A stretch of 64,000 nucleotides of DNA, taken from contig CAVTUQ010000004.1 of the NCBI GenBank assembly GCA_963737905.1, forward strand, positions 142,270 to 206,269, read 5' to 3'. This stretch comes from an uncultured delta proteobacterium (GTDB lineage Bacteria; Desulfobacterota; Binatia; UBA9968). The position numbers were made by a program, and so were the translations under genes. Below the pieces are notes generated by a model. The model was not told the DNA's origin and searched no databases. It was given only the letters and a program-made list of their open reading frames with translations. This document shows positions 1 to 10,653 of the stretch, piece by piece (positions within the stretch are counted from its first letter, which is position 1; each line of letters starts with the position of its first letter).

Positions 1-328
1 CCGGCGTCAACCCGCGCTCGGGGTGGCCGGGGGTGCGGCTCTCCCATTGGCGAAACCGCTGGATTTGCTCAAGCGGCAGATCGTAGCCCGTAAGATAAAG
101 CATGCTGTAAACGAGCATCGACGCGTGACCCGCGGAAAGGACAAAGCGATCTCGATCGGGCCATAAGGGGTTGCGCGGGTTATATTTCATGAAGCGGGTC
201 CATAAGACATAAGCCGTCGGCGCCAGTCCCATGGGCGCCCCGGGATGGCCTGACTTCGCCTTCTCCACGGCATCCACGGAAAGCATGCGAATGGTATTGA
301 TACAGAGCTGATCGAGTGATTCGCTCAT
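1..328 (-). CDS. tkt: Transketolase, N-terminal part (runs off the window's left edge)
   Basis: Not in the ORF track. Manual translation from ATG at 328 gives [34 protein letters not shown]...[15 protein letters not shown]...TPGHPE, the transketolase signatures. Confidence 0.95.
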   Translation of the reverse strand, partial: MSESLDQLCINTIRMLSVDAVEKAKSGHPGAPMGLAPTAYVLWTRFMKYNPRNPLWPDRDRFVLSAGHASMLVYSMLYLTGYDLPLEQIQRFRQWESRTPGHPERGLTP

Positions 329-409
329 AGAGATATTAGCTCCCTTTTTAGCCGCGGCTCATAATCGCCACCTGATGGCTCGGCTCTCGAAGCCCGGGCC
401 GACCCGCGA

Positions 410-2227
410 TCAACTTCCCCTGGCCAAAACGCGGTCGAGATTGAAGGCCGCACTGATAAGACCTAAGTGGGTGAAGGCCTGCGGAAAATTACCCAACGTT
501 TCGCCGCAGTGACCGATCTCTTCGGCGTAAAGTCCCACATGATTAGCATAACCAAGCATCTTGTCGAACATCAAGCGCGCCTCTTCGATTCGGCCGGCCC
601 GCGTCAATGCTTCGACCAACCAGAAGCTGCAGATGCTGAAAGCGCCTTCAAACCCGCTGATGCCGTCTACCGGGTCATCATCGCTGAGCGAGTAGCGATG
701 CACGAGGCTATCCATCGCCAAGCGATCCTGGATCCGGTCCAAGGTCCGGATCATGCGCGGGTCGCTGGGCGAGACGAAAAAAACCAGCGGCATCAGCAGC
801 AGGCTCGCATCCATCCGATCGGAGCCGTAGTACTGCACGAAAGAATTGCAGCTCTGGTTCCACCCCTGTTCCATGATTTCGCAGTAGATCTGGTCCCGAT
901 TCTTTAACCAGCGCTCTTGATCGGCCGGAAAACTTCGCTTGGCGGCGAGCCGCAGCCCGCGGTCGAGTGCCACCCAGCACATCAGCTTCGAGTAAACGAA
1001 ATGACGCGGTTCGCCTCTTATTTCCCAGATCCCTTCATCCGGCCGGCGCCAGTTGTTGCAAACGTAATCGAGCAGTCGCTCGAGATTACGCCATAAATCA
1101 TAGGCGATGGGCGCGCCATATTTATTATAGAGGTATACCGAATCCAGCAGCGCCCCATAGATGTCCAGTTGCGACTGCCGGTAAGCTCCATTGCCGACAC
1201 GCACCGGCTTTGAGTTTTTGTAACCTTTCAAGTGGGGCAGACTCTCCTCGGTGAGTTGGGAATGGCCGTCAATAGCATACATCGGCTGCAAAGAACCATC
1301 CGGATTAAGCTGCCGGCATCTCTCTTCCAGCCAATCCATGAAATGGCCCGCCTCCTCATGAAAACCGAGTCTCATAAGGGCGTATACAGTAAAACTCGCA
1401 TCTCGCATCCAGCAAAAGCGATAATCCCAGTTGCGAACGCCGCCCACCCCCTCGGGTAAACTGGTCGTGGGGGCCGCGACAATAGCGCCGGTGGGCGCAT
1501 AGGTGAGCAGCTTCAGGACGAGGGCGGAGCGATGCACCATCTCCCGCCAGCGCCCGGTATATCGGCTCTGAGACAGCCAGCGCTTCCAGAAATCAATGGT
1601 CTCGCGAAAGGCGGTCTCCCCGGTTTTCTCGGGAATCAGCAGATTGGCCTCGCTTCCCCGATCGGCTTGACGGAGAAAAAATGTTGCCGTGTTGCCGCGG
1701 GGAAGAGAAAACTCCGCAACCACGCCCGTGCCTTCGATGGTGAGCGGCACCGGCGAGGCCAATCCGACGGACGCGGAAGGGCTGACAAATGTGGCACCTT
1801 GAGGAAACGGATGAATCTCGTGCTTATCGCGGGCATAATTGAAAGCCGGAAAGCATTCCAAGCGAAAACGCACGTGCCCTGCTACCGTGCTGACCCGCCG
1901 AATGATCTGATGATAGTTCGGTGGAGCGTAGACGAGGCTGCGTCCCTCGATGGGCATGAAATCGATGAGTTCGGCAATCCCCTCGGCACAATAGAACCGG
2001 GTAATGAGAACGTTCGTATCCGGCAAGTAAAGCTGCTTGCAGCGCTCCGGGGATACCGCAGTGATTTTGAAATATCCGCCCTTTTCATCGTCCAGGATGG
2101 TGGCAAAGACGCTGGGTGAATCAAAGTGCGGCAGACAGCACCAATCGATGGAGCCATCGAGACCCACCAGCGCCACGGTATGGAGATCACCGATGACGCC
2201 GTAGTCTTCAATAGCCTTATAAGCCAC
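410..2227 (-). CDS. Glycoside hydrolase family 15 (glucoamylase/trehalase-like)
   Basis: [17 protein letters not shown]-terminus, [28 protein letters not shown] and [10 protein letters not shown] motifs. Confidence 0.9.
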   Translation of the reverse strand: MAYKAIEDYGVIGDLHTVALVGLDGSIDWCCLPHFDSPSVFATILDDEKGGYFKITAVSPERCKQLYLPDTNVLITRFYCAEGIAELIDFMPIEGRSLVYAPPNYHQIIRRVSTVAGHVRFRLECFPAFNYARDKHEIHPFPQGATFVSPSASVGLASPVPLTIEGTGVVAEFSLPRGNTATFFLRQADRGSEANLLIPEKTGETAFRETIDFWKRWLSQSRYTGRWREMVHRSALVLKLLTYAPTGAIVAAPTTSLPEGVGGVRNWDYRFCWMRDASFTVYALMRLGFHEEAGHFMDWLEERCRQLNPDGSLQPMYAIDGHSQLTEESLPHLKGYKNSKPVRVGNGAYRQSQLDIYGALLDSVYLYNKYGAPIAYDLWRNLERLLDYVCNNWRRPDEGIWEIRGEPRHFVYSKLMCWVALDRGLRLAAKRSFPADQERWLKNRDQIYCEIMEQGWNQSCNSFVQYYGSDRMDASLLLMPLVFFVSPSDPRMIRTLDRIQDRLAMDSLVHRYSLSDDDPVDGISGFEGAFSICSFWLVEALTRAGRIEEARLMFDKMLGYANHVGLYAEEIGHCGETLGNFPQAFTHLGLISAAFNLDRVLARGS

Positions 2228-2345
2228 TTCTATTCTCTCTTACCAGATCAAACACACTGCCATAACTGGTGGGGCGATGGGGAGCTTTTAATTTAATGTT
2301 AACACAATTAAGGCGGGCTGCCAGTCGCGGGAGCAAAATTCCAGC

Positions 2346-3047
2346 TCAGTCTACGACACCGGGCATTTTTTTCAGTCCCAAGCGTTGCATCATTAGCAGA
2401 GTATTTGGCATTGCCTTCTTAAGTGCAGTGTCCGCAACAGAATCCAGGTAAGTCAAATCATCCGGCGTATCGATATCGAACCAGGGGGCAAGAAGATGAT
2501 AGTCAATTTTCAAGGAGGCGAGCTTGTTCTGGGTATCCGTTAAAACTTTACTGTGGCTCCAGCTCATCCCCTCGAAAATTTGCGGCGTCGGGTGGTTGCA
2601 ACCCACTAGATAGTAACCGCCGTCGCGGCTCGGTCCCAGCACAACGCGGTTCTCTGATGCTTCCAGAAAGGCGTAAGCCTCACCAAAAAAGTTGAGCGGA
2701 ACGGGTGGCAAATCACCGCCAATGAGTACAATGTTCTTGTGGCCCATCCGAGACAGTCTTTCGAAAACCGCAGCCATACGGGCACCGAGGTCGTCGCCTT
2801 GCTGCGGAAACAGGCGAAAGCGAGCCGGCGCGAGTTGCGCCATCAAGAGCTGCGTGTCGTCGGGCGCAAAGGCGAGATAAAAATCGGCCGTGTCCAATTT
2901 TTGAAGGTGATTTAACTGATCGACGAGGAGAGAGCGGGAGAATTCCATCGCTTCTTCAGCAGTGAAAGTCGGCTGCAAACGGGTCTTGACCTGACCGGCT
3001 AGAGGAGCCTTGGCCAATACCACAAGGGCGTTAGCGCGTATCGCCAT
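2346..3047 (-). CDS. DUF2064/TIGR04282-type transferase (radical SAM/arsenosugar-associated)
   Basis: AKAPLAGQVKTRL, QQGDDLGARM, VLGPSRDGGYYLVG and DIDTPDDL motifs; operon context. Confidence 0.85.
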   Translation of the reverse strand: MAIRANALVVLAKAPLAGQVKTRLQPTFTAEEAMEFSRSLLVDQLNHLQKLDTADFYLAFAPDDTQLLMAQLAPARFRLFPQQGDDLGARMAAVFERLSRMGHKNIVLIGGDLPPVPLNFFGEAYAFLEASENRVVLGPSRDGGYYLVGCNHPTPQIFEGMSWSHSKVLTDTQNKLASLKIDYHLLAPWFDIDTPDDLTYLDSVADTALKKAMPNTLLMMQRLGLKKMPGVVD

Positions 3048-3708
3048 AGTATCGTGTTAGACGAATCGGAGAAATGCCGGCGAGATAAAGCGACTTGAGC
3101 AGCCACATCTTCAATAACGTGCGCCATACCCCCTCTTTCTCCCAGCGCCGCGCCGAAGTAACTACGCGGCTCCGCAGACAGGCGACCGCGCCTCTGCGTT
3201 TGAGCGCCCGCGAGAAGGCGATGTCTTCCATTAGAGGAATGTCAGGGTAGCCGCCCAGTTCTGCAAAAACCTCGCGTCGCACAAAGATCGCCTGGTCGCC
3301 GGTGGCGACTTTCGAAATCCGCGAGCGCAAGCTGATCATGAAGCCAATCAGTTTGAGCATGGGTCGCACAGCGTCTAGTTGAAGATCGAAACGACCACCG
3401 ACAACCCTCTGATCCTCCAACGCCGAACGAATATCGTCGAAAGCGGACGGCGGAAGCCGGGTGTCCGCATGAAGAAATAGCAGCACGTCGCCGGTCCCGC
3501 GTTGCGCGCCGAAGTTCATCTGTCGCGCCCGCGCCTTTGGCGTCGCGTAAAGTTCCACGCCGAATTTCCGGCAAACTTCCCGGGTGCCATCGCTGCTCCC
3601 GCCGTCAACCACAATCAGCTCGTCAGGCTTTAGCCGCTCAAGCCCCCGCAACGTCGCAGCGATGCTCTTCACTTCATTGAATACAGGAATAATGACGCTA
3701 ATCCGCAT
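3031..3708 (-). CDS. GT2 glycosyltransferase, TIGR04283-type (arsenosugar-associated)
   Basis: ISVIIPVFNE, VDGGSSDGT, RARQMNFGA, FLHADT, GDQAIF, PLMED and TSARRW motifs. Confidence 0.88.
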   Translation of the reverse strand: MRISVIIPVFNEVKSIAATLRGLERLKPDELIVVDGGSSDGTREVCRKFGVELYATPKARARQMNFGAQRGTGDVLLFLHADTRLPPSAFDDIRSALEDQRVVGGRFDLQLDAVRPMLKLIGFMISLRSRISKVATGDQAIFVRREVFAELGGYPDIPLMEDIAFSRALKRRGAVACLRSRVVTSARRWEKEGVWRTLLKMWLLKSLYLAGISPIRLTRYYGDTR

Positions 3709-3729
3709 GGATTGCCTTGCGCAAGCCCA

Positions 3730-4584
3730 TTAGGGTTGCGGCTTAGGCTCCGCGTCGTTCAGGCGCCAATCGTAGTCGTGTTCCAGGCCGCCGCTGTAAT
3801 TTTGCAAAGCATCCGCCAGCCCCTTGTTGGCATATTTCGCCCAATGCTCCATCAATCCTTCGGCGCTGCCGCCAAAATCTTCTTGAAACCAAATATAGAT
3901 GCTCGACACCTTGAGTTTGCCGCTTTGCAGCGAAACACCGCGGGGGTGATTGATGTATTCCCCGGCGCCTCGCTCCAGCAAGGAATCGGTATTTTCTGCC
4001 GTAAAAGCCACCGGCTGCAAGTTCGGGCAACCTAAGCTAGCGCAATTGACCGCGTAATGAATCCGATGGTCTTTCCAGATCGGTCTAAGAATACGGTGCT
4101 CGATGTCATCCAACGCCAGTTTTTCACCTTCCACAGTCATCAGTTTGGCACCCCATGGACCGCTCGAAAACAAGCCAGGCGAGATGTTGATGTCGCGAAT
4201 CGATTTTACCGGAAAGCGGGTCAGAATGAGCTCCACCGTCTTGGCGTTGTAGAGATTGATCCAATAGGCTCTTTGCTCCGCCCGACTATAGCCGGTGACG
4301 GCAACCCTCTCCAGACTCTTGACGTAATTGGCCAGTGCTGTGCGATCTTCCGGCGCCACCCTGGCATAATCGACCCGGTTGATCCCTGAAGGGTGAGGCG
4401 CCACGATATATTTTTTCAGGAACGCGTCCCAAGCGCTATGATCGACTTTTTGATTGTTCGCCGGATCACTCTTGTCCCAGCGCGGCCAGAGATCGGCCTT
4501 CGATGCAGCGCCGGCTAGTTGCGCAACGAGCAACAGTGCAGGGCTCACAACGGTCAAAAACGGCCATCGACAAAAGTGTTTCAT
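3730..4584 (-). CDS. Exported DUF547 domain protein
   Basis: Signal peptide; AYWINLYNA, LDDIEHRILR, RIHYAVNCASLGCP and YDWRLN motifs. Confidence 0.85.
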   Translation of the reverse strand: MKHFCRWPFLTVVSPALLLVAQLAGAASKADLWPRWDKSDPANNQKVDHSAWDAFLKKYIVAPHPSGINRVDYARVAPEDRTALANYVKSLERVAVTGYSRAEQRAYWINLYNAKTVELILTRFPVKSIRDINISPGLFSSGPWGAKLMTVEGEKLALDDIEHRILRPIWKDHRIHYAVNCASLGCPNLQPVAFTAENTDSLLERGAGEYINHPRGVSLQSGKLKVSSIYIWFQEDFGGSAEGLMEHWAKYANKGLADALQNYSGGLEHDYDWRLNDAEPKPQP

Positions 4585-4618
4585 GTTGTCTCTGAGACAC
4601 TCCCATTAGGAAATGTTT

Positions 4619-6872
4619 TCAGCGTCGCCATGCTAACCATTTTTCAAAGACTTTCTTTACGGTCGGCGTCAGTTTCGTGCGCATGTAGGTGTCGCCGATC
4701 TCCCGCAGCATCTCGGCTTGAGTTGGGTAGGAATGGATGGTCGAAGACAAAATGGCAGCGCTCTGTTTCGCGGTAATCGCGAGCGTTAATTCACCGAGCA
4801 TCTCACCGGCATGGCGCGCGACAATCGTACCGCCAAGAATTCTACCCGTTTTCTTGTCGTAGTGAACGCGCGCGAAACCGTCGGTTTCCCCGTCGAGGAT
4901 CGCTCTATCGACATCGCTGAGCGGTTGCGTAATCGTCGCGACGTCGAAGCCGGCCGCCTGTGCGTCTTTCTCATAATAGCCGACATGGGCGATCTCGGGG
5001 TCGGTATAGGTACACCAGGGGATGACGAGATCCGTCACCTTGCGGCGCGCAAGAAACAAGGCATTGGCGATAACCAAACGCGCCATGGCGTCCGCGGCGT
5101 GGGTAAACTTATATTTGGAGCAGACATCGCCGGCGGCAAAGATTCTCGGATTCGACGTGCGCATGCGCTCATCCACCAGCACGCCACTGCGAGTAAACTT
5201 GACCCCGGCTTTTTCCAATCCCAAACCTTCCAGGTTCGGCTGTCGGCCAACGGAAACGAGAATAGCGTCGCATTCGATCTCTTGATGGCCCCCGCTAACG
5301 CAGAAAAAAACCCGTTTGCCGAAGCCATCGCCACTCACCTTTTCAATGGCACCCTTAGTGACAATCGTGACGCCTTCCCCGCTCATCTGCCTGTGCACAA
5401 TGGCGGCGGCGGCCTGATCTTCTTTGGGCAAGATTTCCCCACCATCGGTGATGAGTGCCACTTCGCTGCCGAAGCGCCGAAAGGATTGAGCCAACTCACA
5501 ACCGATAGGCCCAGCGCCGATGACGACTAACCGGCGCGGCAGCTTGGTTAGAGTAAAAATGGTTTCGTTGGTATGGTACCCGGCTTCCTTGAGCCCCTGG
5601 ATGGGCGAGTTCAGCAGCGCGAGCACCGGTGGCAATCGCTGCACGGTCAAACTCCAACCGCTTACCATCGACTTCAACAACGGAGGGCCCGGTAAACGCG
5701 GCGTTGCCGATGTAAACATCGACACCCAGTTTCCGGAACCTCTCAACGGAATCATGCGCGCTGATCTCGGCGCGCAGCCGCCGCATCCGCTCCATGGCTG
5801 AAGAAAAACTCACACGAGGAGCTGAGGCGGTATAAACACCGAACTCGGTTCCGTTCCGGGAATCGTAGGCCGCCCGCGCCGCCCGAATCACCCCCTTAGA
5901 CGGCACGCAGCCAACATTCAAACAATCTCCGCCCAAGAGATTGCGCTCGATTAACGCGACCTTCGCCCCGAGCCCCGCTGCTCCCGCGGCGCTCACCAGG
6001 CCCGCGGTTCCCGCGCCGACCACCACCAAGTTGTATTTGCCGGAAGGCGTGGGATTGACCCATCGCGTCGGATGGCAGTTCTCGATCAACTGCTTATCGT
6101 ACACATCATCGACAAGCATCATCTTGTCCACGGTGGTGGGTTTGTGCTCGACATCGAGCCGCGGCAGACTTGACGTGATGCTGCCTTCCTGCTCTTGTTC
6201 CGCTTCCCGCAAAGCCCTGCGGGCGATGCGCGTCACGATCACTACCACCGTCACCGTAGCGAGCAGCCCCACGTACTTGAGGACCTGCTGGTAGAACCCC
6301 ACCGACGCGTCTGCTTGTCCCACTAAGGCATCCCGTGCTGCCGCACCGATGTACACATAGAGAAACATGCCTGGTAACATGCCAAGCAGATTCGCCAGCA
6401 CATAAGCTCCGGTTTTGACCGTGGTCAGCCCGAGCAAATAGTTGAGCAAAGTAAAAGGGAATGCAGGACTCAAGCGCGTAAGAAAGACCATCTTGAATCC
6501 CTGGCGGCCGATGGCGAGATCGAGAGCGCGAAATTTCGGATTTCCCTCCGCCCAACGCGCCACTTTCTCGCGCAGGAACGTCCGTGCCAGCAAGAAAGCG
6601 CAGAGCGCTCCCAAGTTCGCCCCCACCAACACCACAAGGAAACCCGTGCGCAGCCCGAACAAAGTGCCGGCGCCAATGGTCAGCGCACTACCTGGGATGA
6701 ACAGCACAGTCGTAACTACGTAGGCAAACGCGACGACAACGGGTCCCACCGCGCCGAGGCTTTGCACATAGTATTCAAATTGTTTGAACCATTCGCGAAA
6801 AGGCAATAACAAGACCGCGGCCGCGATATCGGCGGCTATAAAGATGATAAGCGCAATCTTGCCGGCCCTCAT
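4619..6872 (-). CDS. Fusion of a TVP38/TMEM64 (DedA-like) membrane domain and a pyridine nucleotide-disulfide oxidoreductase (MerA/LpdA-like); split by one indel near 5607
   Basis: N-terminal LTRLSPAFPFTLLNYLLG (DedA/SNARE_assoc), then VVGAGTAG and GGDCLNVGCVPSK. The second frame supplies VIGAGPIGCE, AAGDV and PWCTYTDPE. Removing one base restores ATGARAAELPIQGL. Confidence 0.85.
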
Positions 6873-6903
6873 GATGTGTTCCTCGGTCTTTTGTCGCCTC
6901 CGT

Positions 6904-8031
6904 TCAGATGGCTGCCAGCCGAGACAAAACCGTATAAATCAGCCCCGCTATCACCGCTGCGGTTGGGAGCGTTAACAACCAAGCCAAAAGAATCGTGCGG
7001 ATGACGTTCCAGCGCGCTTGTCCGTTGGCGACGCCGATGCCGAAGAGCGCGCCACAGGAGACATGGGTGGTTGAAACGGGCAGGCCCCACTTGGAAGAGA
7101 AGATGACAAGAAAGCTTGTGACCAAATTCGCCAAGAATGCTTGGTCGGCATCCATGCCCGTGATGCGTTTGCTGACCGTCTCCGCCACCTTTCTGCCATT
7201 GATCAATCCCCCGAGCGCCATGATGGCTGCCACGAGTATGACAGACCAAGCTAGGTCGAACGCGCCGGCGACCAAGCCCAGCGCGACAATCTTCGGCGTA
7301 TCATTAAGACCGCGCGCAAAACTTACAGCGCCAGCGCTCAAGAAATGTCCGGCGTCGAGCAAATTCTGGCCGTTTAATCCAAACAAAGTTCCAGAAAGCG
7401 GCTGCGCACAGGCCGTCTGATTATCTACTATCACGCGCAGGCCGGTCACCGATTCAGAAATGACAATTCCTTCTGGCGTGACGGCTCTCGGAACGGCTTC
7501 GCTGCCGATGCAAACGCAAATTTCTTTACTGAAACCGGGGGTTCTGAGCACGCGGCTTAACAACGGATAACCAAAGAGGGCCAGCATCACGGCCAGCAAC
7601 GGGCTTACCAGGAGCGGCAGAAAAACACTCGTCAGAAGCGTATAAAAACCGAGCTGAAGCCCCACCGCTACGAAACCGCCACCGAAGAGAGCACCCGTTA
7701 AACTGTGGGTGGTCGAGATGGGGATGCCAATCTTTGTTGCCAAGAACACCGTCAACGCTGCGCCGAGGATCACCGCGGCGACAAATGGTTGCGATTGCGT
7801 GAGAGACTCCGGCAGGAAGTCTTTTCCTTGAAAGATCGAAATAAGTTTGGTGGCGACAAAAAGTGCCGTGACGGAACCCGCTAGGGTCGTCAGAGTCGCC
7901 CACCAAAGCGCTCTGCGGTAGTCGGTGGTCCCGCTACCGAACAGCGTCGCAACACCCTTAAAGTTGTCGTTGGCGCCATTGGCATAAGCAACAAAAAGCA
8001 TAGCACTGACGATGAGAATGGGCCAAACCAC
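6904..8031 (-). CDS. Inorganic phosphate transporter, PiT family
   Basis: YANGAND and ARGLNDTPK repeats; PISTTH and PVSTTH motifs. Confidence 0.9.
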   Translation of the reverse strand: MVWPILIVSAMLFVAYANGANDNFKGVATLFGSGTTDYRRALWWATLTTLAGSVTALFVATKLISIFQGKDFLPESLTQSQPFVAAVILGAALTVFLATKIGIPISTTHSLTGALFGGGFVAVGLQLGFYTLLTSVFLPLLVSPLLAVMLALFGYPLLSRVLRTPGFSKEICVCIGSEAVPRAVTPEGIVISESVTGLRVIVDNQTACAQPLSGTLFGLNGQNLLDAGHFLSAGAVSFARGLNDTPKIVALGLVAGAFDLAWSVILVAAIMALGGLINGRKVAETVSKRITGMDADQAFLANLVTSFLVIFSSKWGLPVSTTHVSCGALFGIGVANGQARWNVIRTILLAWLLTLPTAAVIAGLIYTVLSRLAAI

Positions 8032-8050
8032 TATTTCGCTCCTGAACGAA

Positions 8051-9013
8051 TTATGAAACCAGCGCGCCGCCGCAGCTGCTGCCGGCGCCGGCGGTGCAGG
8101 CGTAACAATGATCGCCGACCGTGATGGGCGGGTTCAGCAGTTGATCCAACGATGCCGAGAGGATGTTAAGCGCTTTGCCGTCCGTGTCGCGCATCGGCAG
8201 ATCGAGCATCTGGTTGAAATCGCAGTCGTAGATGGAACCTTCCCAGCCGACACTTACAAGATTGCGGCACATGACCTGCTCGAGGGTGGCGGCATTGAAG
8301 CTAGTTTCCAACAGTTCCGTATAGCGATCATATTCGCCGCGCAATTTGAGATGGGTGGCATAGCGGGTGATCGGCATGTTGGTCAAACAAAAAAGGTGAT
8401 TGAACACGATGCCGAACTGTTCGCGGAGAATCCGCTTATAATCTTGTTCCAGCTGTGCTTGCGGCGGCGGCAAGTGCGGCCCTACGGGATTGTAGACCAG
8501 ATCAAGAATCAAGTCGGTGTCCGGTTGACCATAACCGATTTCGTTGAACCGCTGTAATGCGCGGATGCTCAAATCGAAAGTTCCTTTGCCGCGCTGTTTG
8601 TCGACGTTTTCTTGGGAATAACACGGCAAGGAACAAACCAGCTCGACTTCATGCCGTTTAAGAAACTCCGGCAGATACTCCTTGCCGGGCTCGAAGATGA
8701 CCGTCAAATTGCAGCGGTCCATCACGTGGCGCCCAAAGCGCCGCGCCGCGACAACTAAATAATCGAAATCGGGATGCAGCTCGGGCGCGCCGCCTGTGAC
8801 ATCGAGCGTGGGAATGTTCGTCCCGGCGAGAAAATGCAAGACGCCGTCGACGGTCTCCCGGCTCATCATTTCTGTTCGCGTCGGACCCGATTCGACGTGG
8901 CAGTGAATGCAGGCCAAATTACAGTAGCGGCCCATGTTCACTTGTAAGACATCGATGGCGCGGCGTTGTAGACCTTTACCGTGTAGATCTAGCCTTTGTG
9001 CGAAAGGTTGCAT
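8051..9013 (-). CDS. arsS: Radical SAM/Cys-rich domain protein, ArsS type (arsenosugar biosynthesis)
   Basis: LQVNMGRYCNLACIHCH (CxxxCxxC), TGGAPE, SLPCY, DCDFNQ and a C-terminal HCYACTAGAGSSCGG; lies next to an arsM-like gene. Confidence 0.85.
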   Translation of the reverse strand: MQPFAQRLDLHGKGLQRRAIDVLQVNMGRYCNLACIHCHVESGPTRTEMMSRETVDGVLHFLAGTNIPTLDVTGGAPELHPDFDYLVVAARRFGRHVMDRCNLTVIFEPGKEYLPEFLKRHEVELVCSLPCYSQENVDKQRGKGTFDLSIRALQRFNEIGYGQPDTDLILDLVYNPVGPHLPPPQAQLEQDYKRILREQFGIVFNHLFCLTNMPITRYATHLKLRGEYDRYTELLETSFNAATLEQVMCRNLVSVGWEGSIYDCDFNQMLDLPMRDTDGKALNILSASLDQLLNPPITVGDHCYACTAGAGSSCGGALVS

Positions 9014-9022
9014 GGAAGATCA

Positions 9023-9057
9023 CCCTCACCTCGATCCTCTCCCGTCCAGGGAGAGGA
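9023..9057. repeat. REP-like palindromic element CCCTCACC..TCCTCTCCC-N5-GGGAGAGGA
   Basis: 9-bp inverted repeat at 9035-9043 and 9049-9057. On the minus strand its GAGGTGAGG lies just upstream of the arsS ATG. Confidence 0.6.
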
Positions 9058-9132
9058 AGGAAAGACTTATCGTGCTGGCGTCACTTTCTCCATCTCCACG
9101 TCTCCCCGTCTGCCTTTCTCCCTATTTGTATC

Positions 9133-10339
9133 CTAAGGGCAGCAATTGGAGTCGGGCCCGCAGACACCGCCCGACAATTGTGTCACCTTGTAGCCCAGCC
9201 CCTTGGTCTCCCGGGGGTCGCGCTTGTGATCACGCGCGCAATCGAAGACGCCGGCCTTGGCCAGCGCCACTTCTTCCCGCGGCGGCACCAGAATGAATTG
9301 CCCTTCGTAGGGCGGCTGGGAGTAGAGCTTAAAGGTCTTATCGCAGACGGCGATGCGCACGCCGCGCGGCAGCGTGTGCCCGTCGTCATCGACCACTTGT
9401 TTCCAAGGCCCACGGTAGATGACCGCTTGGTTGCGCTCGATGCATGGCCCTTCTTTGCCCTTGTATGCGGTCACCGTTACGGCGCGGAACTCGATGCCTT
9501 CGACCGTTTGATAAGCCTCCGAGCGAAACTCCTCGATTTTGATGCCGTAGAACTTGGCCTCTTCGAAGGCGCGCAAGAAATCTTCTTCTTGGAAAGCGCC
9601 GGAGACACAGGCACTCCAGAGATCGGGGATCGTTGGCGAGATGCTCTGGCACCGGCTCGTCGCTGACGATGTCGGAAATAGCGACCCGTCCGCCGCGCTT
9701 GAGCACGCGGTACATCTCGGCGAACAATTGCTTTTTGTCCTCAGGCCGAACCAGATTCAGCACGCAGTTCGAAATGATGACATCGATGGATTCGTCGGCA
9801 ACTAACGGCTGTTCGTGACCCATCTTAGCTTCGACCTCCTGGAAGTGCGCGAGATCGGCCATGGACCGGACGGGATTGTCCTGCAGGTAGCGATCGATCA
9901 ATTCCAGGTTGGTTTTCAGATCCTGGATCTTGCCGCGGCGGAACTCCACGTTGTGATAGCCGAGCTGATCGCCGATGGTTTTTTGATACTTGCGTGCCAA
10001 TTCCAGCATTGGCGGATTGAAATCGACGCCAATGACTCGGCCGCTAGGCCCGACAATTTGGGAAATGATGTAACAAGCCTTGCCGCTGCCAGAACCCAAA
10101 TCAAGCACGATCTCACCCTCACGAATATAGCGCGACGGATCGCCGCAGCCATAGTCTTTCTCGATGATTTCCTTGGGGATAACTCTCAACAACGCTTGGT
10201 CATAACTCACCGGCAGACACAAGCAGGCGTCCACTTCCCGTGCCGCGTTGCCGTAACGCTGCAACACGGCAGCCTCGTAGTCAGTACCATTCCGATTACC
10301 GCTCTCTCCATTGGCTCGGATGACAGCTTCCCGGTCCAT
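9133..10339 (-). CDS. arsM: Arsenite S-adenosylmethyltransferase-like protein (ArsM family); one extra base near 9627 splits the ORF
   Basis: CLCLPVSY, DYGCGDP, VLDLGSGSG and ISNCVLNL motifs. After removing one C from CCCC it continues DPDLWSACVSGA and ends GGVCGPDSNCCP. Confidence 0.75.
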
Positions 10340-10455
10340 GCAGCCTCCCTTAAATCTCTTGTAAGGTAATGATTCTAAAGAAGATCACTTTCGAAATGAC
10401 GGCGCAACTTAAAAATTGGCGTATTTCAGCATTTTTCTACATTAGATAACCGTAA

Positions 10456-10481
10456 AACGTCGCCGGTTGCAAAAAAGTTCC
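10456..10481 (-). promoter_or_regulatory. ECF sigma promoter (GGAAC-N17-CGTT) driving the arsM-arsS operon
   Basis: The minus strand reads GGAAC TTTTTTGCAACCGGCGA CGTT, about 115 nt upstream of the arsM ATG. Confidence 0.7.
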
Positions 10482-10584
10482 CCCGTGGCGGAGCGCCGGC
10501 CAGTAGCGATTGTTCTAGCCCTTCCAAGTGCCGAAGTCGTTGTCGATGGCAATCGGTTATTGAAAGCCATGTTTGTGGACATCG

Positions 10585-10610
10585 GGAACTCAGGCACCCA
10601 GTAAAACGTT
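10585..10610 (+). promoter_or_regulatory. ECF sigma promoter (GGAAC-N17-CGTT), probably autoregulatory
   Basis: GGAAC TCAGGCACCCAGTAAAA CGTT, 43 nt upstream of the ECF sigma start. Confidence 0.7.
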
Positions 10611-10653
10611 ATGTTGCTTAGACAGACTCTCTTCTATTCGTTAAAATGCCCGC

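Noticed and set aside
4619-5755. Mercuric reductase merA / mer operon
   Set aside because: No C-terminal Cys-Cys pair, no HMA domain and no merR, merT or merP; the ORF is the 3' half of a frameshifted fusion.
8051-9013. Selenocysteine in the ArsS C-terminal motif
   Set aside because: The GSSCGG motif is encoded with a Cys codon and there is no in-frame TGA.
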